Below, piece after piece: positions 43,368 through 52,876 of a stretch of 64,000 nt of DNA. This DNA comes from Schizochytrium sp. TIO01 (taxonomy: Eukaryota > Protista > Bigyra: Labyrinthulomycetes). A program made the position numbers and the translations under genes. Every line of letters begins with the position of its first letter. Position 1 is the first letter of the stretch. Location of the stretch: assembly GCA_004764695.1 (NCBI GenBank), contig SMSO01000031.1, positions 9,096,761 through 9,160,760 on the forward strand, in the 5' to 3' direction. The notes under the pieces are model-generated. The model was given only the letters and a program-made list of their open reading frames with translations, was not told where the DNA came from and made no database searches.

Positions 43368-44987
43368 ATGCAAAACGTCTCTGAGGCGAAAATGAAGATG
43401 AGCTTTCCAAAAGGCAACTTAACCACCCTTACATCACGACTCGTGGTCCTATGCTGCGTACTTGTTTGGTCAAATGTTGCCTCTTTCGTAGCCTCTGCTT
43501 CAGCTTCAGCTTTGATTTACCCAAGATGGATGTGGGTTGGTGGTTTGGACTCAAGTTCTGCCGTCGTTAAAGCGCGCTTGTCAGGGCCGCTGACTTCGAC
43601 CAATGTAACTGCCGTGGCGGATGTAGAGTGGAGGGACAGTACTAGAGGGACAAAACACACGGAAAGGTTCAAGGCGAGCCATGTTGGCGAATTTCATGTC
43701 GCGAGCATTCCACTTTACAGCCTCCCTGAAGATACTGACTTCACATATTCCGTCATGGTTATTGATGAGGATGAGGGTCACACAGGCTCTGTACCAACAC
43801 ACGCTCTCCATGGCAAGTTTCACACTCCTAAAAGTGCTGGTACTCCAATGGACTTCTCTTTCGGATTTGCATCATGTGCGGATAACCATTCCAACGCAAT
43901 CATTTTCGATGTGATTCGTGAACACAACCCATTGTTTTTTATGCACATGGGTGATTTACACTATGGAAATGTTGAACAAAATGACCCAGCGCTCTTTCAT
44001 TACATGTATGACCAAGTTATGGCAAATGACCGTCAAGCACACTTTTTCAGAGATGTTCCTCTTAGTTACATGTTCGATGATCACGATTTTGGTCCAAACA
44101 ACAGCGATGAAAGCTCCCCTGGTCGGGAGTCTTCAATCGCGGCATACCTTGAGGCAGTTCCATTTTATCCCCTCCCTGCGTATCAGGGCATATCGGAGCG
44201 TATTGACCAAATGAAGCGTTTGCCAAGTGTTTACTACGGTTTTACAGTTGGTCGTGTACGCTTTCTTGTGACTGATACAAGTTCTTCCAAGCGCGGCGAG
44301 GAAACTGCTCTGGGCGCAGAGCAACTTGCATGGTTTCTCCAAGCACTAAGGCAAGCTGCGAGTGATCCTGCAGTTGCGCAAATAGTTTGGGTAAGCACAA
44401 TGCCTTGGGTTACTATTCATGACAAATGGGCTGTCTTTCATGAGGATCGGCGCCAGATTGTGCAAACCATTGATGAACTCGGAATCCGCAACCGTCTTGT
44501 ACAGCTTGCTGGGGATGCTCATATGCTAGCTCTTGATGATGGCACTCACGTAGCAGGCGGCTTTCCTGTGTTTCAAGCTGCCTCTCTCGATGCTAAACCT
44601 ACTTGCAAAGGTGGACCATACTCACACGGAATTTATCCTGGACGTGGTCAATATGGATGGCTGCAGGTGCGAGATGATGGATCAAAAATTTGCTTGTATT
44701 TTCAAGGACGCCGTGTGAACCTCAAGACTGGTGCAGAACAAACTATGCTCGCCTTTGATACATGTGATTCTTCTCGTAACACACCACGTCATACCTATAT
44801 TCCAAGTCCACCTTGGGTGGAACGTATCTGGAAGGATGTCAAGAAAAAATTTATCCCCCCATCTTACATGGTGTTCTTTGATAGCTTTACAGTTTCTTTG
44901 TATATGGTATTCGTGCAATATATTATTCCCTCAATTGCGGCAATTCCTGCATGCGTTTTTGCCATTCATATGTTGCGTAGGCCATGA
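43368..44987 (+). CDS. phoD: PhoD-family alkaline phosphatase/phosphodiesterase with signal peptide and C-terminal hydrophobic anchor
   Basis: FGFASCA, HMGDLHYG, MFDDHDFGPNNSD, LGAEQLAWF and LAGDAH motifs; hydrophobic N-terminus (LVVLCCVLVW..ASASA) and C-terminus (VSLYMVFVQYIIPSIAAIPACVFAIH). Confidence 0.9.
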   Translation: MQNVSEAKMKMSFPKGNLTTLTSRLVVLCCVLVWSNVASFVASASASALIYPRWMWVGGLDSSSAVVKARLSGPLTSTNVTAVADVEWRDSTRGTKHTERFKASHVGEFHVASIPLYSLPEDTDFTYSVMVIDEDEGHTGSVPTHALHGKFHTPKSAGTPMDFSFGFASCADNHSNAIIFDVIREHNPLFFMHMGDLHYGNVEQNDPALFHYMYDQVMANDRQAHFFRDVPLSYMFDDHDFGPNNSDESSPGRESSIAAYLEAVPFYPLPAYQGISERIDQMKRLPSVYYGFTVGRVRFLVTDTSSSKRGEETALGAEQLAWFLQALRQAASDPAVAQIVWVSTMPWVTIHDKWAVFHEDRRQIVQTIDELGIRNRLVQLAGDAHMLALDDGTHVAGGFPVFQAASLDAKPTCKGGPYSHGIYPGRGQYGWLQVRDDGSKICLYFQGRRVNLKTGAEQTMLAFDTCDSSRNTPRHTYIPSPPWVERIWKDVKKKFIPPSYMVFFDSFTVSLYMVFVQYIIPSIAAIPACVFAIHMLRRP

Positions 44988-45381
44988 GGCATAGAATATA
45001 AGGTATATATGTCCTGTCTGTCAGTTCTTTCAATAATAATCGCGAGACCATGCATGCTTACATGCTTTATGGACCCTAAAACAGAACTATACTAAAAATC
45101 AAACTTCAGCTAAAATCAAGAGATAATTGCAAGACCGAGAAATTTTAAATCTACCAATTGGAATATAAGTCCAGGTTTAAGGGACGGTGAAGAGTCCCGT
45201 GTGATCTCAAGATGCAAAGACAAATGAATATCATCATTTCAAATCAGTTCCTTTACTCATTCAGTTAAAAGTTAGACATGTGGTTTATAGAACTTTCAAT
45301 GAACTGGAAGCATTGAAAATCTCGGAAGATGAGCCGGCTTGATACTAATTTTATTAGCTTGAGGAGAGCCAGGCTTAAAAT

Positions 45382-47529
45382 TTAGACATTGTGGTCTCCA
45401 TCCCAAGGGGAGCCCCACGCGGTTTCGAGCAGGAACCGATCACTAAAGTCTACATCTTGTGAGAAGAGAAAGGTCACCAAACTGGGCACAAAACTATACG
45501 GGGCATTAATAAAGACAATAGTCATGGTGGCAATATCTAAAGTGGCCTTGATACCACCAAGAATGATTTGCGAAGACCCATTTTCGAACCATGGAAGGTC
45601 ACTGGCCACCTTCGATACTTCATGAAGACCAATAAGAACCATGGCTCCAGTACCTGCCATTCTGCCATAACGTGCGGCTACAGCGCGTTTCCAGTTGGCA
45701 CCGCCGCCATATGGCGAGCCAGCGTTACCCATATTGGGAACCCCATGAGGTGCTCCATGAGGCATTGCTCCATGAGGCTGGTTAGGGGGAGGGTGCATGC
45801 CATGATTGTATCCAGGGGCTCCGTAAGGATTGGATGCAGGGTACGGATGGGGGTGGCCCATGGGTGGCGGATGGGACGCAGTTGTGCTGGTGCCTGGAAA
45901 ACTTCCAGGGTGAGCCATGTTGGGAGGTGGTGCCACAGAACCGCCGGGATAGGGCGCAGCATGGACAGTGGCATGCGGGGGTGGAGGAGGGCTTACAGGG
46001 GGGGGCACAAGCGGGGCACCACGAGCATTATACATTTGGGAAGCAGGAGTGGTACCGGGTGAATATTGTGTGTTGAAGCCACCATTCGGAGAAAGCGATC
46101 CAACAGTAGGTGGTGCGGCCGGAGTTGGTGCAGGCGAAGCAGAGCCACCAAACCATGATGTGGAAGTTGCTGCAGTACGCTCCATGATTGTTGAAGGGTC
46201 AGTAACACCACGGAGGGCTACAAAAGTGCGCATCGCACCCCAGAAAAATCCAAGGAATCCAGCAACGCCAACAGTCATAAACGGATCGAGGAAGTCCTCA
46301 GCCTTTTCTAGCTTACGAATAAAGCTCATCCAACCAGACTTGTCAACTTCATCAAATTTGGAGCGCAGCCTTTGCATGTACGACCAGTCTGTGGCGTTCA
46401 TGTTGGGCGGTGCACTGTCCGAAGGCGAAACTTCCTTCATAATAGCGAGTCCAAGATCAAGCGTAGGTGCTGTGAGAAGAACCTCCTCCCAATCCAGATC
46501 CTGCAGACGAGAATACAAATCATCAAGGCCAAGACCGCGAGAAAGTGCTGCGAAAGCAGGGACAAGCTCGGCAGCGCGCTCAGGGTGAGTCTCAACAAGA
46601 CTCTCACATAGTTTTACGAGAGCCATACCGAGATCCTGATACCAAATTTCTAGTCGGACGTTATCAGCGTGGTTAAGCCTGTCGTTGGGAGACATACGGC
46701 CGGTGCTGCGCCAGCTTCCCTCGATGCGAATCGATGCACCCATGCTCTTGAACGACTCCCTGACGTCGCCGCGCCCCTTCTCAACAAGAGCTGCAAGCTT
46801 ATTTATCACAGGAATGATCTCTGGAACATGTTTGTCAAGAGGAGAAACGTACTGCGACACTCTCTTGCGCTGCTGCGCATCAACGAAAGCCAGAGACGAC
46901 ACACTTCGAACCAAGACGTCCAATGCTGAGACGGGATCTCCACAGTCCAGACAGACAGACTCGTGCCACTGAGTTAATGCTTTGATGAGAGCATCAACGA
47001 GCTCACTATCATGGAGAACACTCTTTGCAATGCGACGTTGGGACACCAGATCACAAAACATGTTTGCTGCAGGATCTACTACAGAGGGCTCATCCGATCG
47101 GAGACCCGGCAGAATGGCCTGGTGCAGTACACCAGCTCTGGTCAGAAGTGGCGCCGCATTCATGAAGTCACTTCCAGGAGTACCGTGGTTCACCTGAAGG
47201 CCGTGGTGAAGCTCGTGAAGCGCCTCGACAACTCTTTCGATGCCCCATGCCTCGCTGCGTGCCTGTCTGACCAGCTCTTCAGCTTGAGCATCTGTCTCAG
47301 CAAGTTCGAGAGCATGCTCTACAAATTGCGATCCCGCCATGAAAAAAACCAGAAAACCCAAAGCCCATGAGGGGCGAGGCGGAAACGCAACTTGTCGGTA
47401 AAAAGCCATGCCCCGTTTCTGGTTTTGTGCAACTGGATGTGCCATTGCCTGCATTTTCATGACTCTTGTCGGTGTGCTGGCAGAGGCCAAGCCCGCCTGG
47501 GCACCACGAATGAGGCCCCGATGAAGCAT
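45382..47529 (-). CDS. Uncharacterised 715-aa membrane protein, probable mitochondrial presequence, Pro/His-rich insert
   Basis: Long ORF from ATG. Acid-free Arg-rich N-terminus ending QKRGMA, then a TM (WALGFLVFFMAG), a helical middle, and further hydrophobic segments flanking a Pro-rich region. No family recognised. Confidence 0.8.
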   Translation of the reverse strand: MLHRGLIRGAQAGLASASTPTRVMKMQAMAHPVAQNQKRGMAFYRQVAFPPRPSWALGFLVFFMAGSQFVEHALELAETDAQAEELVRQARSEAWGIERVVEALHELHHGLQVNHGTPGSDFMNAAPLLTRAGVLHQAILPGLRSDEPSVVDPAANMFCDLVSQRRIAKSVLHDSELVDALIKALTQWHESVCLDCGDPVSALDVLVRSVSSLAFVDAQQRKRVSQYVSPLDKHVPEIIPVINKLAALVEKGRGDVRESFKSMGASIRIEGSWRSTGRMSPNDRLNHADNVRLEIWYQDLGMALVKLCESLVETHPERAAELVPAFAALSRGLGLDDLYSRLQDLDWEEVLLTAPTLDLGLAIMKEVSPSDSAPPNMNATDWSYMQRLRSKFDEVDKSGWMSFIRKLEKAEDFLDPFMTVGVAGFLGFFWGAMRTFVALRGVTDPSTIMERTAATSTSWFGGSASPAPTPAAPPTVGSLSPNGGFNTQYSPGTTPASQMYNARGAPLVPPPVSPPPPPHATVHAAPYPGGSVAPPPNMAHPGSFPGTSTTASHPPPMGHPHPYPASNPYGAPGYNHGMHPPPNQPHGAMPHGAPHGVPNMGNAGSPYGGGANWKRAVAARYGRMAGTGAMVLIGLHEVSKVASDLPWFENGSSQIILGGIKATLDIATMTIVFINAPYSFVPSLVTFLFSQDVDFSDRFLLETAWGSPWDGDHNV

Positions 47530-47889
47530 GGCCGTTCCACAAATTCAACACAAATGACTAATCCCAACAATTCGTATGCTAATCCAAAGAGCTCAGAAAG
47601 CCTAGTTTTGATGCTCTGTACAATTTCGAGAAAGACCAACTAAATTTTACTCACTGCCCCGTACTGAAGAAAAAGGATTGCAGGATCCTCCAAAATTATT
47701 ATAAGATTGATGTATACTTGAAGGTCTTCGCGTCGAAGTTCTCCAAGAGCAACCTTTCTGAAGGGAAGCCAAACTTCAGTCTTCTGATGGTTATTCGTCG
47801 CCGCAGCCTGTGACGCTCAGCGAGCGATTGGCGCAACTTCGAACAAACCGCTGCTATGAGCACTGCCCTCTGCGCAAAGCAGAGGCAGT

Positions 47890-47915
47890 AGAGAGCGAGA
47901 GAGAGAGAGAGAGAG
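47890..47915. repeat. (GA)n microsatellite in the divergent intergenic region
   Basis: agagagcgagagagagagagagagag read directly. Confidence 0.85.
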
Positions 47916-49274
47916 GCAGCCGACAGACGCCTCCGCGGTGAGCCCGCTACAAGGTCCGAATACTGCGCGACTCTAGATTGCTCGCGCAGTGAGCTTTCTC
48001 GTTTCTAGTAGTCCTAGTTTCGTTTGATTACTTGAATTTTATTTCACTGTTCCTATGAAAACTCTAGAACTTATATAAGCTCCAAATTGAAGTGACTATT
48101 CCATGTAAATGATACATTCTAATTATTCTGATCTTTGTTAAGGAGCCGAGGGCAGGTAAGAAACTGGAATGGCCAAGGAACCACCAGGGCTTACGTGGCC
48201 TACTGGGCTACCGAGATTCACTACAAGCTTGCGCTTGGGTTCTGTTAAAACTAAGGTCTTATCCATTTGCCTACAATTGAAACTTCAACAAGTCAACAAG
48301 ATGGATCAGCTCGAATGATGTGTCGTTCGTTAAGCGCTCATTCACAAAGCCGAGTTTAGTGATGTAAACTGGTCACTTTCCAAGATGACTGCACTTTAAA
48401 ACTATGCAATGAATGTAGTACCATCCACGACAAGCTCGGAACATCCAAGGTTTCCAATGCCTCAAATAATGCGAACACGTTGTCGATCGTGATATCCACG
48501 CCGCCAGAGGTATCCGTTTGCGCTACCTATCCAAGGATATGCTTTAAGAGTTGTCTTTGAGCCGCGGGTTAGTTTTCAATCCGCAATTGGGCATTAACCC
48601 CAATCCATAGGAAATGCAAGTTTTGCAAATGCTATAGGTTAAATTCTAAGTGAAGTCGTGTCTTAATTTTACAAAGTTCGGAAAATCGCAAGAGAATTTT
48701 GTCATATTTTCAATTTTTCTCAACATTAGGCTGTCTATCCAAGGTTAAAATTTACAGAGAAAATCATACCAAAATTCCTCGCGTAAAGTGCGTCCGGGCT
48801 CGCTTCATCTGCGGTGATTTGGCTAAGCAATGAGCTTAGATGTATGTTCTGAGACGATGATCCCAAAATACGTGCAATGGAGAAATTGTTGCCCTTGCTG
48901 CAAGATTTCCTTTGAACTTACAATTGGAGAGATTCGAGATCTGAAGCAGACCCCTTCGACATCGAATCGTCAATTAAGCACACTGCTTCATACTCTCCAA
49001 ACGCGGCTTCCCAGTTCTATCCACGAAAAAGTTCGCAATGGAATATTGAATTTGGGCTTTGCGTAGACTATATATTCTGGAACGGATAGAGAACCACTTA
49101 AGAACCATACTCCTATTAAAAAAGAGAGAATGAATGGGAACGAAACAATCATTTTCATTCTTCGATCAGCAAACTAGGGAAGACAATCCTCGTACAGAAG
49201 GAGGTGCTTCTCTCGCGCTCTCAGAACTTTTTATCTGGGCCTCTTAGCTCCTGCCTCCGCTTCTTAGCACAGCA

Positions 49275-50174
49275 ATGAGTGACGGCAGATCCTACTCTCG
49301 CGGTGGCGGCGATGATTACTACTCTCGCGGTCGCTCTTCGTATCGATCCCACGGCGGTCGTGACGACTACTCTCGTAGCAGCCGGGATAATTACTCGGAT
49401 CGCCGCTCGGAGACTCGAGGCCACCAGTCACGGCAGGGTGGTGCCAGAGGCCTCGCAAGGATTCATGGCACCGAGCAAGACCGTGTAAATTGCACATTCT
49501 ACATCAAGATGGGCGTATGTCGCCACGGAGACAAATGCGAGCGTCAGCATAACAAACCCGCCTTCAGCCAGACTATAATGATCCCTGGTATGTACCCAAA
49601 CCCGGAGGCGGTCAACATGGCGGCTCGCAAGGATGGCTCCTTTGTTCCCAAGCAGCGTCCTGGCGACCGTGACGCCGCTTTTGAGGAATTCTTTGTAGAC
49701 ATGTTTGAGGAAGTCAGCAAATGCGGCGAAATCGAAGATGTAGTTGTTTGTGACAACTTGTGCGATCATATGATGGGGAACGTTTACATCAAGTTTTACG
49801 ACGAAATCGACGCAGATAAATGCCTCAAACTTGTGTCTGGACGCTACTACCAGGGTAAGAAGCTCGACGCTGAATTCGTGCCTGTTACGGACTTCTCGTT
49901 GTCCAGGTGCAGACAATATGACCGTAGGGAGTGCGATAGAGGCGGTACGTGCAGTTACATGCATGTGAAGCGCCTGGATCCGGGGTTGGAGAATGACCTT
50001 TTGAATGAGCAGCCGTGTAAGGGTCACAGAAGTGCAAATATTCGCAAAAGATCACCGAGCAGGTCGCGCAGCCCTTCGGATCGGCACCGGTCAAGGTCAT
50101 ATGGCCGCTCACGCGATCACCGACGATCGAGATCACCATCTTCGCGATACCGCCACCGTGACTCTCGCAGGTAA
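49275..50174 (+). CDS. U2AF1: Splicing factor U2AF small subunit (U2AF35 family)
   Basis: GTEQDRVNCTFYIKMGVCRHGDKCxRxHNKPxFSQT (CCCH1); UHM VCDNLCDHMMGNVYIKF; CRQY..ECxRGGxCxYMH (CCCH2); RS tail. Confidence 0.93.
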   Translation: MSDGRSYSRGGGDDYYSRGRSSYRSHGGRDDYSRSSRDNYSDRRSETRGHQSRQGGARGLARIHGTEQDRVNCTFYIKMGVCRHGDKCERQHNKPAFSQTIMIPGMYPNPEAVNMAARKDGSFVPKQRPGDRDAAFEEFFVDMFEEVSKCGEIEDVVVCDNLCDHMMGNVYIKFYDEIDADKCLKLVSGRYYQGKKLDAEFVPVTDFSLSRCRQYDRRECDRGGTCSYMHVKRLDPGLENDLLNEQPCKGHRSANIRKRSPSRSRSPSDRHRSRSYGRSRDHRRSRSPSSRYRHRDSRR

Positions 50175-51117
50175 AGAATATATGTTGAAAACAGAGATAA
50201 AAGCGTTTTCGCTATATCATGGTTCGGGACGCTATTTTGATTAACCTGGACACTTGTCAGTGCTGTTTAAAGAAGGGTCAGAAACAAACTTTGCTACTAC
50301 TCCTATTCATGCCCTGGCGTGTTGCTAATCCTAGTCTATATCGGGGGTTATACAGAGCTCATTCCCCATGCGAAAGTAAAAGAAATTCACTACTGAAAAC
50401 GAAGGATTTAGGGGGATTAATGGAGAAAGAACTTTTCCGTGTTCGTTTTATATTCGATGATGTCGTTGAACGACACTCCTTACAATCCATCTGGAGATGG
50501 ATGGGCACTAAACATATGCCACTTAAGAATGCTATCTTATAAACTAAATTGATCTAATCTTTTTTTAATCGTCTGCACTTTATCTTTCAAGAAACACCCG
50601 GTTTGTTTTGTTATCATATAAATCTTCTGAGTTAGAATCCCCGACAGATCCAGGTTTACTTCTTACTTCGATACTCCAGATTCTGTAGTACTGAGCTGTT
50701 CTAGCGTAACGACTTCGAAAAAAAAACTCAACACATCAACACATCAAATCTTGATGTGAGAAAAGAAAAGCTCCGGTTTGAAAGAAATTAGATTACAGGG
50801 AATCGATTAGTAGGATAAGAGCGGAGATCAAGGAATTATACATAAACAATCCGAAGAGTGTAGTGTCAAACATTGCAAGATCTTCAGAATTTAACCTAGG
50901 GTGACTTCTTGACTTGCAAGGGAAGGAACACAAATCGAAATCTACAAGAATTAAGGTAATGGGCTGTAAGATAACACGAAAAAGTAAGCCAATAATTAAA
51001 AAATTGAAAATGAAGTTGATGTGGCAATCGAATTAGGAAAAGTAAAAAGGCGTTTAAGTGGGAAAAATCATGTGAACAACAAAGCAAAGAGAGAGGCAAG
51101 AAGGAGTGTTTTTACAT

Positions 51118-52876
51118 TTAGAACTCCTCGCCTTCCTCCTCGTCCTCGCCCTCGGCGGTCTCAGCACCAACCTCCTCGTAATCCTTCTCGAGGGCGGCAA
51201 GATCCTCACGGGCCTCGGAGAACTCACCCTCCTCCATACCCTCACCGACGTACCAGTGGACAAAGGCACGCTTGGCGTACATAAGATCGAACTTGTGGTC
51301 CATACGCGAGGTAACCTCGCCGATAGCGGTGGTGTTGGAAATCATGGTGACCGCACGCTGCACCTTGGCAAGATCACCGCCCGGCACAACGGTGGGCGGC
51401 TGGTAGTTAATGCCGACCTTGAATCCGGTCGGGCACCAGTCGACGAACTGGATGGTACGCTTGGTCTTGACGGTGGCAATGGCGGCGTTCACATCCTTGG
51501 GCACAACATCTCCACGGTACATGACACAGCATGCCATGTACTTTCCGTGACGAGGATCACACTTGACCATCATGTTGGCAGGCTCGAAGACCGAGTTGGT
51601 GATGTCTCCGACGGACATCTTCTCGTGGTACGCCTTCTCGGCGGCAATAACCGGCGCGAAGGAGCACAGCGGGAAGGAGATACGCGGGTAAGGCACAAGG
51701 TTGGTCTGGAACTCAGTAAGATCAACGTTGAGCTGACCCTCGAAACGGAGCGAGGCAGTGATGGAAGAAATGCACTGGGCAACGAGACGGTTGAGGTTGG
51801 TGTAAGTGGGGCGCTCGATGTCGAGGTTGCGACGGCAAATGTCGTACATGGCCTCGTTATCAATCATGAAGGCAACATCGGAGTGCTCAAGCATGGTGTG
51901 CGAGCAGAGGACAGAGTTGTAAGGCTCCACAACGGCGGTGGAAACCTGAGGGGAAGGGTACACAGCAAACTCGACCTTGGACTTCTTGCCGTAGTCAATT
52001 GAGAGGCGCTCGAGAAGAAGAGAGCCGAAGCCAGCTCCGGTACCACCACCGAAAGAGTGGAAGACCATAAATCCCTGAAGACCAGTGCAGTTGTCAGCAA
52101 GCTTGCGAATGCGGTCAAGAACAAGGTCAACGATCTCCTTGCCGATGGTGTAGTGGCCACGGGCATAGTTGTTGGCAGCATCCTCCTTACCGGAGATGAG
52201 CTGCTCGGGGTGGTAGAGCTGACGGTAAGTGCCGGTACGGACCTCGTCAACAACGGTGGGCTCAAGATCGACCATCACACAGCGCGGGACATACTTGCCA
52301 GCGCCGGTCTCACTGAAGAAGGTGTTGAAGGAGTCATCGACGTTTCCGTCGGCCTCCTGAGAGCAGCTGGGCTTCTGGCCGTCCGGCTGAATGCCGTGCT
52401 CAAGGCAGAAGAGCTCCCAGCAGGCGTTACCGATCTGGCAACCGGCCTCTGTAGTGGTGAAGATATCAAAAAGTCAAATGTAGGAATGCCGGCATCAAAG
52501 TTAGTTAGACAGCTGTAAATCAAAGAGGAGGATTCAATTGCAAAGTATTGCGCAAGATGGTCCGCATTACCCAAGATGAAAAGCAGGCTATTGTGTGTCC
52601 GTTTTTCATCAGCCTCGAACCTCATAAGGAAATGTCTTCTGGAGGGGTGGTGAACCCATTTCACAATTTTATTGAAAGACCTGAAGACAAATACCATGAG
52701 CTTCAAAAGACAGGGGTATGCTTGTAGAAGACCTCCCGTGCTCATCGCCGGGAAGGCCCTTTTGCTTAATAAATAAGGCATGTCACCGGGGATAGAAGAA
52801 AGCAGACCCATCTTCACGCATCTTGCTTAGACACGAGCAACTTACGGCCGAGGTGAATCAGAAGAACTTCACGCAT
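51118..52876 (-). CDS. TUBA: Alpha-tubulin, 2 exons: join(52846..52876,51118..52448), 453 aa
   Basis: Exon 1 [10 protein letters not shown] + C, intron GTAAGT..CTACAG (52845-52449), then (Q)[23 protein letters not shown]. Later [18 protein letters not shown] and [16 protein letters not shown]. Confidence 0.97.

Noticed and set aside
51106-52518. Long plus-strand ORFs opposite alpha-tubulin (similar shadows lie opposite the BBOX-like, GANP and CK2-beta genes)
   Set aside because: Antisense shadows of GC3-biased or low-complexity real genes.
52812-52821. ATGCGTGAAG in the tubulin intron repeats the gene's first 10 nt
   Set aside because: Short, leads to an early stop, no further similarity; no function supportable.
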